Shown here: positions 25,892 to 40,333 of the stretch, in pieces
Numbering within the stretch: position 1 is the stretch's first letter
Layout: each line of letters starts with the position of its first letter
DNA from: Squalus acanthias
Lineage: Eukaryota
NCBI GenBank assembly: GCA_030390025.1
Contig: CM059432.1
Span: forward strand, 100,690,001 to 100,754,000
DNA length: 64,000 nt
Direction of reading: 5' to 3'
Translations under genes and position numbers: made by a program
Notes under the pieces: model-generated
Database searches by the model: none
What the model saw: the letters and a program-made list of their open reading frames with translations, nothing else
What the model was told of the DNA's origin: nothing

Positions 25892-28800
25892 TGGAGTTCA
25901 ATTCACCACGGCAGCTGGGGAATTTAAATTCAGTTAATTAAATAATCTGGAATAAAAAGCTAGTATCAGTAATGGTAACCATGAAACTATGAGATTGTCG
26001 TAAAAACCCATCTGGTTCACTAATGTCCATTAGGGAAGGAAATCTGCTGCCCTTACCTGGTCTGGCCTATATGTGCCTCCAGACCCACAGCAATGTGGTT
26101 GACTCTTAACTGCCCTCTGAAATGGTCTAGCAAGCCACTCAGTTGTAACAAACCGCTACGAAACACAATAATAAGAATGAAACCGGACGGACCACCTGGC
26201 ATCGACCTCGGCACCGGCTATAGACACGGCAATGGCACACCCAGCCCAATCAACCCTGCAAAGTCCTCCTCACCAACATCTGGGGACTTATGCCAAAATT
26301 GGGAGAGCTGTCCCACAGACTAGTCAAGCAACAGCCTGACATAGTCATACTCACATAATCATACCTTTCAGCAAATGTCCCAAACTCCTCCATCACCATC
26401 CCTGGATATGTCCTGTCCCACCGACAGGACAGACCCACCAGGGGTAGTGGTATACAGTCAGGAAGGAGTGGCCCTGGGAGTTCTCAACATTGACTGCGGA
26501 CCCCATGAAGTCTCATGGCTTCAGGGCAAGCATGGGCAAGGAAACCTTCTGCTGATTACCACCGTCCGCCCTCCCTCAGCTGATGAATCAGTACTCCTCC
26601 ATGTTGAACACCACTTGGAAGAAGCACTGAGAGTAGCAAGAGCTCAGAATGTACTCTGGGTGGGGGACTTCAATGTCCATCACCAAGAGTGGCTCGTTAG
26701 CACCACTACTGACCGAGCTGGCCGAGTTCTGAAGGACATAAATCCAGTCTGGGCCTGCGACAGGTGGTGAGAGATCCGACACGAGGGAAAAACCTACTTG
26801 ACCTCGTCCTCACCAATCTACCTGTCGCAGATGCATCTGTCCATGACAGTATTGGTAGCAGTGACCACCACACAGTAATTGTGGAGTCGAAGTCCCGTCT
26901 TCACACTGAGGACACCCTCCATCGTGTTTTGTGGCACTACCACCCTGCTAATTGGGATAGATTCAGAACAGATCTAGCAGCTCAAAACAGGGCATCCATG
27001 CGGCGCTGTGGGCCATCAGCAGCAGCAGAATTGTATCCCACCACAATCTGTAACCTCATGGCCCGGCATATCTCTCACTCTACCATTACCATCAAGCCAG
27101 GTGACCAACCCTGGTTTAATAAAGAGTGCAGAAGAGCATGCCTGGAGCAGCACCAGGTGTACCTAAAAGTTAGGTGCCAACCTGGGGATGCTGCAACACA
27201 GGGCTAAGCGATCCCACAATCAACGGATCAGATCAAAGCTCTGCAGTCCTGCCACATCCAGTCGTGAATGGTGGTGAACCATTAAACAACTAACGGGAGG
27301 AGGAGGCTCCATGAATATCCCCATCCTCAATGATGGTGGAGCCCAGCACGTGAGTGCAAAAGAAAAGGCTGAAGCGTTTGTAACCATCTTCAGCCAGAAG
27401 TGCCGAGTGGATGATCCAAATCAGCCTACTCCTGAGGTCCCCACCATCACAGAAACCAGTCTACAGCCAATTCGATTCACTCCATGTGATATCAAGATAT
27501 GGCTGAGCGCACTGGATACAGCAATGACTATGGGCCCCGACAACATCCCGGCTATCGTGCTAAAGACTTGTGCTCCAGAACTAACCACCCCTCTAGCCAA
27601 GCTGTTCCAGTACAGCTGCAACACTGGCATCTATCCGACAATGTGGAAAACTGCCCAGGTATGTCCTGTCCACAAAAAACAGGACAAATCCAATCCGGCC
27701 AATTACCGCCCCATCAGTCTACTCTCAATCATCAGCAAAGTGATGGAGGTATCATCGACAGTGCTATCAAGCGGCACTTACTCACCAATAACCTGCTCAC
27801 TGATGCCCAGTTTGGGTTCCGCCAAGACCACTCGGCTCTCGACCTCATTACAGCCTTGGTCCAAACATGGACAAAGGAGCTGAATTTCAGAGGTGAGATG
27901 AGAGTGACTGCTCTTGACATCAAGGTAGCATTTGACCGAGTGCGGCATCAAGGAGCCCTAGTAAAACTGAAGTCAATGGGAATCGGGGGTGGGGGGGGGG
28001 GTGAAATGCTCCACTGGCTGGAGTCATACCTAGCACAAAGGAAGATGGTTGTGGTGGTTGAAGGTCAATCATCACAGCCCCAGGACATTACTGCAGGAGT
28101 TCCTCAGGGCAGTGTCCTAGGCCCAACCATCTTCAGCTGCTTCATCAATGACCTTCCCTCCAACATAAGGTCAGAAATGGGGATGTTTGCTGATGACTGC
28201 ACAGTGTTCGTGCCATTCACAACTCCTCAGATAATGAAGAAGTCCATGTCCGCATGCAAAAAGAGCTGGACATCGTTCAGGCTTGGACTGATAAGTGGCA
28301 GGTAACATTCACGTCACAGAAGTGCCAGGCAATGACTATCTCCAACAAGCGAGAGTCTAACCACCGCCCCTTGACATTCAACGACACTACCATCGCCGAA
28401 TCCCCCACAATCAACATCCTGGGGGTCACCATTGACCAGAAACTTAACTGGACCAGCCATATAAATACTGTGGCAACAAGAGTAGGTCAGAGGCTAGGTA
28501 TTCTGCAGCGAGTGTCTCACCTCCTGACTCCCCAAAGCCTTTCCACCATCTACAAGGCACAAGTAAGGAGTGTGATGGAATACTCTCCACTTGCCTGGAT
28601 GAGTGCAGCTCCAACAACACTCAGGAAGCTCGACACCATCCAGGACAAAGCAGCCCGCTTGATTGGCACCCAATCCACCACCTTAAACATTCACTCCCTC
28701 CATCACCGGCGTACCGTGGCTGCAGTGTGTACCATCTACAAGATGCACTGCAGCAACTCATCAAGGCTTCTTCGGCAGCACCTCCCAAACTTGCGACCTC

Positions 28801-29073
28801 TTCCACCTAGAAGGACAAGGGCAGCAGGTGCATGTGAACACCACCATCTCCAAGTCACACACCATCCTGACTTGGAAACATATTGCCATTCCTTCGTCGC
28901 TGGGTCAAAATCCTGGAACTCCCTACCTAACAGCACTGTGGGAGTACCTTCACCACACGGACTGCAGCGGTTCAAGAAGGCGACTCACCACCACCTTCTC
29001 AAGGGCAACTAGGGATGGACAATAAATGCTGGCCTTGCCAGCGATGCCCACATCCCATAAACAAATAAAAAAA
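25892..29073 (+). mobile_element. Near full-length tRNA-headed APE-RT LINE (single ORF, decayed)
   Basis: Begins at a B-box remnant (GGAGTTCAATTC). APE motifs TNIWGL, WVGDFN, LLDLVL, SDH; RT motifs NYRPISLL, QFGFR, GVPQGSVLGP, FADD; A-rich tail. Confidence 0.9.
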
Positions 29074-29904
29074 GAAGTTCCACAGGAGCCCATGGGTACT
29101 TTGCGCAAATGGCCGTGCTCCATGTATGAGGGAACATAAGGATATCTCTGGACGGATAAATTAAGATGGTGTTCCTCATCCATAATTATCTTGTGAACCT
29201 ATTCACTGATTCCTGCTGGAATGTGTTCCTGGAATGGAGGTGGGGGGGTTGCGGGTGGGTGCATCATAGCTGAGCCAAATTCTGTGCTCATGCAACAGCC
29301 ACATGGGATCGTATTCCAGCAGTAGTCAGTGAATATTAATTTGGAGCAGGAACCCTTTCCTAAACCAGTGATTCTGAGGCAAATTGAAAAGTTCAAAAGT
29401 CCCTGCCACTGCATTGGCTGAGATTAGCCAACCCAGCACTTCCCTGGTCAGAATAGTATTTTCCACATCAGGAAGTTTACTTATCAACTGAGCCATTTAG
29501 AGAGCTGTAGAAAATTATTATTCAACACCATAGTACAAAACATATTCGTCATCTTACTTTTCCTTTGCTAAGCAACAAGAATCAGCAAATTTTTTCAATC
29601 AATACTATTCACTAAAATAAGCAACTGCATTAAAAATCACAATTTAAATCCATTTTGTTCATGAAACAATAAAATGGAAAGTCTGTGGAATTGAATTTGA
29701 AGTGATTGCTTTTTATTTCTGTGCCGCTCAAACTCCAGCCAATCAAACTTCATAGTATTACTCATCAGGGAATCAGCACCATTGAGATAAGTTTCTTTTC
29801 TTTCTGTCTAGTTTCATGTCACACATTCGAGATGCTGTTCTGTCAGAGGGAAAATCTGAAAGGTAATGACGGAAACTTCTGTTACAAGAAAAATAAACAG
29901 CAGT

Positions 29905-31243
29905 GGGTAGAATTTCCGCTTTGGGCACAATTGTCAATTCCCCTGCAAATCGAGCCCGAAATTGCGCCCATTCTGAAAAGTATTTTTTTCCCCCTCCCCG
30001 AGTTTCCGCTGAAACTCATTTGCATATCGCCAAATGCAAAATCTGCCATGAACCAGCGTAATCGGGCAATGTTTAGAAACATAATTTTAAAAAAAATTTG
30101 CTTTAAAAATGTTTCCTTCATATATTTAAAAGTGGTAACTTGGTGACATTTAATTAAAACAGCTGAAAATAGATTAATCACAAAAAATAGGCATTTTTAA
30201 TCACAGTGTCAATCCATCACCTGTGAGTAACCCAATTTTAAATTATTGAAATTCACTTAAAAAAAATATATAAAATTATTTTCAAGTTATATTGGGGTAC
30301 ATTAGTAAGCTAATAAATTAAAATAAAAATCACATTTGAAAGCTTTTAAAATGTATCATTTTTTGGCTTGGAATTTGCGGTGGGTAATAACAGTGAACAA
30401 ACAGCGTTCGCTGTCATTACCCCTCTGAAACTGACCGCAACTTCAGGATGTAGCGCATGTGCATCCTAATGCGGAAATCCTGAAGTTGTGGTCAGTCATT
30501 CACTGCTCTGATACTGGCTGTGCTGTGCCTCCCCCCCACCCCCAACCCCCAACCTGCACAGCCGGCAAGCAGTGTAATCTGTCAAATCATGGAAACTGAC
30601 AAAAACTTCAGCTCTTCTGCGGTAATACCGCTGTTAAATACCCCACTAAAAGCTAGACCCTTTTGGATTAGATGTAACTGGGGTTTTAACAGCGTATTGA
30701 CAGCTAAACAAAGGTTATGGCCTTGAAAAACTAATTTCAATTTTGTGGAGTGTCAAATTTATCCATTTTAATCAAATTTTTAAGAAACTTTAAAAATGTT
30801 TGTTCATCATTATTTCAGGTTTGCCTTTTCCTATGTGAGAACCCCAATTGCGTGTCAGAAAAGCTAAACTTCTTGCCACAGAGATCGCGAGATCTTTGTG
30901 GGAAGTTTACTTCGGAACCAGCTGTGAATGCCTTTGTTTCACAGCTGACCGCAAATTACGGGCCATTGTCTTAATTTTTAAAGCCTCCCTGAAGGCTTGC
31001 AAATGAGCTTTATTAGCGGAAACTCGCCACGGTGATTCATTCAACCTGGGGGCGTGGCCAATGTTGTGGGCGGGGCCTGCTTCCAGCACAATGTTTTTAA
31101 AACTAGTGCAAAAGATCGCAGAACTTTGAGTTGCGCCAAACGCAAAGACTGTTTAAAATTCCGTGATCTTTTGCGCTGGTTACGCCGATTTTGGCTGAAT
31201 TGCGCCGAAAAAACCAGCACAATCGAACGGAAACTCCAGGCCC
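29905..31243. mobile_element. Non-autonomous Harbinger-type element
   Basis: Ends GGGTAGAATTTCCG and CGGAAACTCCAGGCCC, flanked by AGT on both sides (3-bp TSD). CpG-rich subterminal regions. Confidence 0.65.
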
Positions 31244-32036
31244 AGTTGTCTTTTTAAATATACTGGTAGATCTCTGATGGCATAACACAAAATAAACTTT
31301 GTGTTCCTCTTGCTGTGACTATTGTTCTGTTGTCTCACCCTCTATTTCTTTCTGTCTGTTTCAACACTTACTATTTCCTTCTTACTCTTTATGGCTCTCA
31401 CACTTTTTCTCGATATCCTCTCATTATCTGACTTTTTCTCTCACTCTCTTTCTGTAAAGCTGCTCTCCCTGTCTCATTTCTTTTGTATGCTTCTTGCAAT
31501 TGTTCTCCCTTTCTCTCAGTATGTCTCTCTTTCTTTCTGTAGAACTGTTACTCTTTATTTTTTGTCTCACTAGCCACAGAGACCTGGAGACAGATTATAA
31601 GGACCCAACCTTCTGGTAGATGCAGAAATCATCTTGTCCCTCCATGACTATGAAGCCACCACTCTCCTCTTGGGAAACAATATAATCATGTAACTTCCTT
31701 CACAGAAGTCCAATCACTATAGAAACACTTCAGTCAATCCCACCTCCAACACCAACTGGCTAGTCTCTTTGTAAAAGGTTGTCTTGAAAAGATGGGAAAT
31801 AGTTTTGAAAGAGACTAGGGGAGAACTATTGTCCATCCCAATCCTACCATTAGGTTGATAGTCACCTTGCTCATATTTGGCAGTATCTTTCCTCCACATT
31901 GGGAACAAACCCTAAAATCATGTTTCTCAGGCATGAGCATCCTCATGATTTTCCATCCATTAATTTTAATAGATGGAAAACTGTTGGAAGGCAAATGGCC
32001 AAATTTCGAGTATGCAGGTGAAGTGCTGAAGATAAT

Positions 32037-33028
32037 GGCTGAATTTTAATGGGGAAAGCGGTTGTGAGCAGGGCAGCTCCGAAGTGGTCGGAAAACCCGG
32101 GAGAACGGGTCTCCCGCAAGCCCTGCCGAATTTAACGGTAGGGCCTGATTTCCATGGGAAGCCTCTGTTCTCCACCCGCAGCCAGCCAGATTGAGAGGCT
32201 GGCTGGCTCCGGGTGGGTAGGCCTGCGGTACTAGACTGCAGAGAGTAGGGAGTGAGGAATTGCGGGGGGGGGGGCCGGGGGGGGTTGGGGGTGGCAGCCG
32301 GAGGAGCACGGGGGGAGGGGTCGCTAAAAGATCATGGGCTGGCACCAGCATGGTGGGGGTCTGAAGTGATTGTGAGCCAGGAGCAACATAGGGCGGGGGT
32401 CTGAAGTGATCATGGGCCGGGAGCAGCACGGTGGGTAGGGGGGGTCGGGAGCAGCATGGGGAGGGCCGGATGAGTGGAAGGAGGGGAATTGTCAGCAAAG
32501 ATCGGCGGCTGGAGGAGCGAGGGTGGGAGGGGGTGCCAGAGGAGCATGGGGGTGGGGGGGGGGGAGCGGGGGAGAGGCACCTTGGGGGATTGAAGGCCAG
32601 GGTGGTGGGGGGGGGGGGAAGCCTCGTTGGGGGGGGGGATAGGAAGCCTGGAAGGCGGGTCTCTGATCGCGGGGGGTGGATTAGGTAGGGATGCTGGATC
32701 TAGGAGTTAAGTGTAAAGGCACTTATCTCCTAGATCCAGCAGTGCTCGTTTTCCATTAGCTGTCAGGTTTCACGAGGCCTGCAAAACCCGACCAGCTAAA
32801 ATTAAGTTCAAAATGGAGGTTAAAGCAGCGGCTTCCAGCCTCATTATACTATTTAAGGAGATGAACTGCCACCTGGCATGGAGTTGGCTGCCTGCCCCCC
32901 ATCCCGCCTCCGTTAAAACCTGAAGTGGGCGGGTTGGAGACGGGTTCTGGTCGGGATTCAGATTTTTAATACTTTAACTTCCCACCCGCCCCAAACCCAC
33001 CCGTTATTATTCAGTTAAATCTCCCCCC
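32037..33028. mobile_element. Harbinger-type MITE, G-rich family
   Basis: Same terminal and subterminal sequences as 6219-6738 (GCCAGCCAGATTGAGAGGCTGG; CCCGCCTCCGTTAAAAC..GAAGTGGGCGG), with an expanded G-rich core. Confidence 0.75.
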
Positions 33029-33740
33029 ATTGTTTCCCCCTCTGCTTTCATTGCTGATATCTTTCAAAAGGAGAGATCCAGAAAGCAATTTGACAGAGTA
33101 ATTATGTATGATAAGTAAAGTATAGCCTTTGATGATCCACTTTTAGCTACTCAGTACCCTAATGTACAAAAATACATTTTGATTTTCCATCTAAAAGAAT
33201 GCTAGCAATTGAATAATAATCTTTCCCAATAGCTAACATTGTAATGTTAAACGGTGGAGAACTGCTGCAGAGAATTGATCAATCTCCAAGTTCTCTGTAA
33301 CTCCCAGCCACAACGTGATTACAAAGATTGCTACACCAATTTGCTGCTTATACTGACAGCTTGCTTCAGCTTCAGTTTAGCACCAAGGTTTCAGTTTGGG
33401 GCACTTGGTGCCAGCATTCAAGCACATATCGAGTGTCAAAGGACAATCTCTGCCCATTAGAATTACTCAGATGAAGCTCAAGTTCCAATTTCGAGGGAGC
33501 CGTGGGCCTCCGGCTTCTGGTGCACACTGCAAGTGCACTGATAATTTCGGGCCCGAAGACGAGGCTAAATGAATTTCTCCTCCACTCTCACATTCATCAA
33601 TGGCTTATGGAGGCACATCTGTGCCCTACACCGTGCGCAGAATATAAACTAAACCCAACACACATTGACGAAGAAGAAGTGTTTTAGCTAAGAATTGAAA
33701 ATATGAAGAAACAACAGAGATTTTTTTTTCTTGAATAAAT

Positions 33741-33930
33741 ATAGAAAATGCTGGAAATGCTCAGCAGGTCAGGCAGCATCTGTGGAGAGAGAAACAGAGT
33801 TACCGTTTCAGGTCGATGACCTTTCAGCAGGTTCCTCTCTCCACAGATGCTGCCTGACCTGTTGAGTATTTCCAGCAATTTCTGTTTTTATTTCAGATAT
33901 CCAGCATCTGCAGTATTTTGCTTTTGTATT
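33741..33930. repeat. Penelope terminal-repeat-derived hairpin element
   Basis: Inverted arms of about 49 bp (33743-33791 and 33835-33883) homologous to 3478-3530, with a degenerate hammerhead (CTGCTGA) in the loop. Confidence 0.75.
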
Positions 33931-35961
33931 TGTATTTTACTTTAATCAATTATTTTGAACTCATGAATTTAAATACACTCAGCTGTGCAGTTTTTTGTGA
34001 TTTAGGTGGCTGCGGCAAAAAAACTAATGTAAATCTAGCAAATTTGTGACTGTTATTGACTTCATTGGTGGGGAGGAAGGGGGGCGCTGAGCTCGGATAA
34101 TCAATTTTGCACGGTTTCAGCGGGTGTATTGGCGGAGCGGCTCAAAAGTCCCAGGAAATTATGATGCTGCGTAAATAATGATGTAACTCACTTATGCCAT
34201 AATTTCAGGAGACTTTTGTGGTATGATACAAACCCAATGCTGTAGATGCGCTATTCCAATAGCGCAAATCTCCGGGAAATTTTGGCCCAATATCAAAATT
34301 TTCCTCTTTCTCAACTTGTATTCATTGCAATACACTCAGATCATGTACAGCTCACTACATCCATATAGGATACACAATGCAGTGAAATATGATTTTAAAT
34401 TCCGTGAGTGAAAGAGATGTGGTGCCTCTCATGAGTAGAAATAAAATTCATATTTCTCTGCCTTCTACAGTGTATTCACTTTAGAACACTTCTATGGGTA
34501 TTATAATTAGGTGCTTTTAGAATTAATTCTTTCTTTTCAAATTTCATTTAACAAGGAACTTGGGCTCAGCCCACAAGTAATTCTTCAAGTTATGGAAGCT
34601 GTCTGTCCACCTTCAAAAACCCTTTCTGGTTTATTACCCAGGCTCTGGACATGAAAATAATCTCAAAATAATATTTTAGTTGTTGTTGATTTTCTGCATA
34701 AATCACTAAAACATTTGCACTTTGTTAAATATCATACTGAATTGCGTAATTTCAAAGTATTTTTAAGCAAGGACAGATGAGGTAGAATGACAATGTTTGA
34801 AATTTATGATCCACTCACATGGTTCTGGAGGTAATCAGGATGCTAGTCTTTGTGGGATTCCATGATGTTAACCTAATTAATATGTAAAGTGAGCTCTTGG
34901 CCCAGATTGGGCTACCAGTGAAAGCTCACTGTCAGCAGAGGGTGGAAAATTTTATGTTGCTGCTGTTTAAAAGTGCTCCTTAATTCTAGTTCAGTATGGA
35001 TGCAAAGCACCTTCATTTTCTGACACTGCTTTGGAAGTGTTTGTCCAAAAGTGCAAAAAAAAAATCTTTGGGATCCCAGGCCATCTTCCCTACAGGCGCT
35101 CCATCTACCCTGCTTGGCATGAGACGTTGCATATAATCAATGCTGCCAAAGGACATGGGCACAAATTAGGAAAATATGACAGCCTGAGGAAGTTTGCCAA
35201 TTTAAGACTAGTCAGTATTCTAGTATGATACACAGATGGGCAAATTATGCCTGCTGCAATGCATTTCCTCTCATTCTGTTATATCATGACTGAGGCTGCA
35301 CCCTAAATTCTCAAAACAGCTATTTTCAACCTTCACATGCATACCCATATTGCAGCGAATTCATCACTATCACTGGAACTGTTGTCAAATTACCATTTAA
35401 ATAGGTAAGCTCACAAATTAACTTTACAACACAACCTACATATATCATGCGTGTCCGTTTGCTCACACCAAACCTAGGATGTAGGGTGGACACTTGAGCA
35501 TCACTCTTCAAACTTCTATTGTTTCAGCACTACTTCTCCACTATGTCCAGAGAGACTTCTTTTTAAGGTATAGAATGGAGTATTAGTAAATTATAGAATT
35601 GGCATGCACTTGGCAATTGATATAGCACAGAGACCAAAGTTGCTGAAGCAGATTTGGGCTACTGCATTGTGCGTATGCATGGAGCAGACTATTTGTGCAG
35701 TATTGTCTTGCTTTAACATTGCCTTGGTGAATGAGGGGAGGAATGTAATCTTCCTGCATCCGCTCTATTAGTAGGCTTCTCTGAAAAGAAATGTTGTGAA
35801 AAGAAATGCAACACACTACGATATTTTTGGGAGACTATAAGTAGGCCTTGTAGTATGTTAGATAATGCTCTTGTAAAGTGCTCAGATATTCTTTGACATG
35901 ATGGGCACTATAAACGCAACATGTTGTAAGTGAGGAGATAAAAACATAAATTTTTTAAATT

Positions 35962-36352
35962 TGCATCCTTATGTTCAAATCCCTCCACGGCTCTGCCGGC
36001 AACCTCCCTATCTCTGTAACCTCCTCCAGCCCTACAACCCTCCTAGAACTCTGCGTTCCTCCAATTATGGCCTCGCGCATCCTCAATTTCCTTTGCCTCT
36101 CTATTGGCAGCCATGTGTTCAGCTGTCTAGGCCCTAAACTCTGGAATTCCCTCCCTAAACCTCTGCGCCTTTCTCTCCTTTTTCAAGACGCTCCTTAAAA
36201 TCTACCTCTTTGACTAAGCTTTTGGTCACCTGTCACACTATAATATCTCCTTATGTGGCTCGGTGTCAAATTGTGTCTGATAAAATTCCTGTGCCTTGGG
36301 ATGCTTTACCATATTAAAGGCGCTATATAAATGCAAATTGTTGTTGTTGTTG
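35962..36352 (+). mobile_element. L2 3' fragment
   Basis: FSCLGPKLWNSLP; tail AAAGGCGCTATATAAATGCAAATTGTTGTTG. Confidence 0.8.
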
Positions 36353-36674
36353 AATGTAAGGAATGAGAAAAGGCCAGGTGCTCCCTGAAAGCTCATCTCT
36401 CATCATGTTAACTCTTCCATTATAGCATGTAATTGTATCTTGAGTAACTCCAATATTTTTGTTTCTATTTCTTTGTTTGGTAGATTATTGCAAATATTTA
36501 TCACTCTTCCAGTTAAAGAATTTCTTTATAATATCTGTTCTAAATTTACTTTTAAATATTTCCATTTATATGCTCTGGTCCTATTTTCTTGGTGCGCATT
36601 GAAGCAATAATATTTTATCAGTTAATACTTTATTTACCTCAATAAACCCTCCGCAATCAAGGATCAGTCAAGAT

Positions 36675-38144
36675 GGCCGGAATTTTACCGGCGCTCAGAG
36701 TGCGGGTTTGGAGGCGGGTCCGCTGTCAAAATCACAAAGATTAACAGCGGGTCGGTATCCCGCTGTAAACCCGCCTCCTTGTCAGTTTCCCAAGTGCCAG
36801 GTCTGTCGTCCCTGAACAGACCCGACACCAAGCGACGGGTCAGCCAATTTAGATACTTAAAAGCTAGTTAAAAGGTATTTAAGAACCATTTTCCCATGTA
36901 CTTACCATTTTCCCAGATTTTTAACGAGGTTCCTGGAGAGCGGGTATCACGTTAGTTAAGTAGGTCGGGTATTGTGTCAGCATGGAATGATTTACTAACC
37001 TGACAGCTTGAAATGTTCTATGAAAGCTCCCATTACACAGGTCTTCACTTTCCAAGGTTAGAAGCTGTTGCTTATTGCATTTGGAAGACAGATTGAGCTT
37101 TATGCAGCTAGCAAGTGTTTGGAGCAAACTCTCTATCCAGTGTCACCTCATTGGAACAACCTCTCGCACCATCGACAGATTGCTTCTGTCATCTTAACCT
37201 CAACTGCCATCTATTCCATCAGCATCGGTGCCCTTGAAAAAATCTCACCTTGGTCCTCAGAATCCCAACACCAGCATCATCAGGCACACCAGCAGCACTA
37301 ACACCCACACCAACCTTCTCCGCAATCAACTGATGCTGCTCAGGACACAGGGCATCAGCACCCGACCACATTGCTGCCCGGGACGCCAGGGATGGCCTCA
37401 CCATGTCCAGATTTACTTCACTTAACAATGTACACCCTGGCTGCCACATGATGCACCAGGTTGGCACCACCACACACCGGCACCATAAAGCATCCCTACA
37501 ATGCCCAAGCCATACCTTTCACATTCATCACCATGGGGACGAGGGGGACGTTATGTCTCACCATTCACTGCAACTCACTAAGACACTTCTAAAGGTGCAC
37601 ACAAATCTGTCCAAGAAGGCAAAGTGTTGAAAATAAAAGATTTCAATGCTTGACAACACATTAACAGAAACTTTACATGAACATTGGCTAAAGCACACAA
37701 GTGCCTACCCTTGTGTGTTGTTAGTTGGTATGATTGGACAAGGTTAAGGGTGTGTGTGAGGGGTGGCTAGTGAGATGGGGAAGTGATAACATAGATAGAG
37801 AGGGATGGGTGGAGGTGTAAGGTAAGTTGGTGTGAGTAAGGATGTGCAGGATTAGGATAGGGAAGGCAGAGTGATGGGGATGTGATCAATGGCACAGCAG
37901 GATGAGGTTGAGTGTGGCTTTGCAGTAACGTTTCGTGATCTACTGTGATGGTCCCTTAAAGGAAACCTGCCGATGATGCGTCATCAAATTATATCATCAG
38001 ACCCGCTTCCTATTAATTGGACGGGAACCTCGCAGGGCGGGCTGAACAAGCCCTATCAATGGACAATCTTGTTCGAGGCCGGGATTGAGACAGATGCCAG
38101 ATGTCGCCCGCCACGGACCCGCCGAGGTTGGAAAAATCCAGCCC
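36675..38144. mobile_element. Internally deleted non-autonomous Harbinger element
   Basis: TIRs GGCCGGAATTTT and AAAATCCAGCCC, flanked by GAT/AAT. Colinear with 45084-46850. The left subterminal region resembles the end of the 54283 element upstream of its transposase. Confidence 0.78.
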
Positions 38145-39734
38145 AATGTGCGTGTTTATAGATATCAGGGGATCAGCCTACATGTTAGTACTTGTTGGCT
38201 TGAGGACATCAGTCAGGATGGCAGGTCTCAGGAAGTTGGCAAGTATGAAAAAATCAGTTTGGATGTCAGCTGGATGAGATCAGCCAAGATGGCAGTGACC
38301 TTAGGTATCAAGACATGGGATAACACAGAGATAGAAAACTTGCATTCTTCCCATGTCTGCTTGTGATTTGGCACTGCTGGAGAATAGGGATTTCCCTGTG
38401 GGGCTGAAACCATTGCACAGCATTTCATTATTTGTCCCCATTTTCTTCCGTGTAGCATTCCCCAAGTAGAGAAAGTGTGCAAGTAATCTACTCAAACTCT
38501 CTGCTTGTTCTACTCAAAAATCGGCCACTAAAAGAGGGTAGAAGCAGACAGGAGCTCAGAACATTTTTTCTCCCTGCCAAAAAGCACAATGCTTTACCTT
38601 GACTTGGGGCTTTCTCCCGACAGCTCAGCCAAAATCTAGATCCTGCCAAGCAGGGAACTGTAGCAGAAAACCCCAAGTCAACCACATCATGGCTGTAGTA
38701 CATTGATAGATTATTTCTTTGCTCAATAGCTGCATTTATCATACGTGTTTTCTTTGTGCTTTGTGTTGAACAAAAGCTGATGCGAATATATTTTGCATAT
38801 ATTAGTACTTCCCATTGCTACTAAGCTTGGATAATATTAAGCCTGAAGCTAGCTCTTGCAGTTTCCAGCACATTAGCAGTGTCATTGCATTGCAAATCAT
38901 TCGCTGACTGACAGTAAAATGTTTCTTACTAACCAAGTCTTGGCAGATATATTTTTGACCTTTGTTCAACTCTAGTGCTGTAAAGTTTCTTCTCGGTGGG
39001 ATGAAAGTGAACTCAGCCGCTGTCCTTACTCACCTCAGACAATCTCATTTCAACGAGAAACTGCAACTGTGTTGGAATAATAGGACCTTAATTTAAGACA
39101 ACTGTCCCGGAAATTTGGATTGTAAAATGTGATTTGTGAAAAAAGGTGGGATCCAAGTACTTAAATCTACCCTTACATTTCCAAAATGTGCTTAATGGAA
39201 TGCCCAATTATGTTAATAAGTGGAGCATTACTGTGGTGGGTAGCAAGGTTCACGCACAAATTATAAAGAACAAGTTTAGTAACTAGTAAGCTCTCATTCT
39301 CATTATTAGTCCGCCACTATCTTTTGTGTTATGTTCATCAAGTTGACAATGTATAATTAGAAGATGTGTAGTTAGGGTCAACAGTCATGAGATATCATAG
39401 TGTTATAGATCTGTCTTGGTCTGCATCTTGGGAGAGATTAGCAGCGCTGTCTAAAAAGACAAGAACTGGTTTAGTCATGAAAATCTTACAAGTTCCATAT
39501 ATTTGGCCAATACAATACATGTTGGTCCGACTACTGGCTGTGCTTTGTTCAAGCTGCACTGCACCGCATCATGTACAACAGTACCAAGATCAAATAAGGT
39601 TGAAATTAAAAAGAACAGTACAGTTTGCAGAAGACTGTTGCTTTGAGGCAGTAATCGACTGAATAGTCGAAATATTGCAGCAAGGATCTCTTTGGTGACA
39701 TGGTATGTTGGTATTTTCTTAATGGTAGCTGTCG

Positions 39735-40232
39735 ATAAGCAAAGGGATTTGGGTGTACAGTGCAGATTAACCAGAATGATACCAGGGCTTAAAGAGTTAA
39801 ATTCTGGAAAGGTTGCATAAATTTGGTTTGTATTCCCTTGAGTTCAGAAGGTTGAGGGGTGATCTAATCGAGGTATTTAAAATGATTAAGGTGTTTAATA
39901 GGGTAGATGCAGAGGAACTGCTTCCTTTGGTGAGGGAATCCAGCACAAAGTGGCATAAACTTAAAATTAGAGCTAGGCCGTTTAGGAGTGAAATCAGGAA
40001 GCACTTTTTCCACATAAAAAGTAGTGGAAATCTGGAACTCGCTCCCAAAAGGCAGTGCGGATGCTGGGTAAATTGAAATTTGCAAGACTTAAACTGATAA
40101 TTTTTTGTTTGGCATAGAGCAAAGGCAGGTAGATGGAGTTAAGGTATAGATCAGCCATGGTTTAATAAAATGGCGGACAGGTTGAAGGGGCTGAATGGCT
40201 TACTTCTGTTCCTATGTTCCAATGTTCCTATG
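39735..40232 (+). mobile_element. CR1 3' fragment
   Basis: FGLYSLEFRRLRGDLIEVFK; tail TTCCTATGTTCCAATGTTCCTATG. Confidence 0.85.
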
Positions 40233-40333
40233 GTAACATAGGCTGCTAGATACATGTCAGTACTCATGGTTCCTGAGATGATTTCAGTCATGTAAAAAGG
40301 AGATGTTTAGCTAAAAGATCAGAATTGCGGGAA

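Noticed and set aside
32046..32688. Pro/Gly-rich ORFs (also about 50000-50530, 59060-59500, 60760-61270)
   Set aside because: These are artefacts of G/C-rich low-complexity MITE cores.
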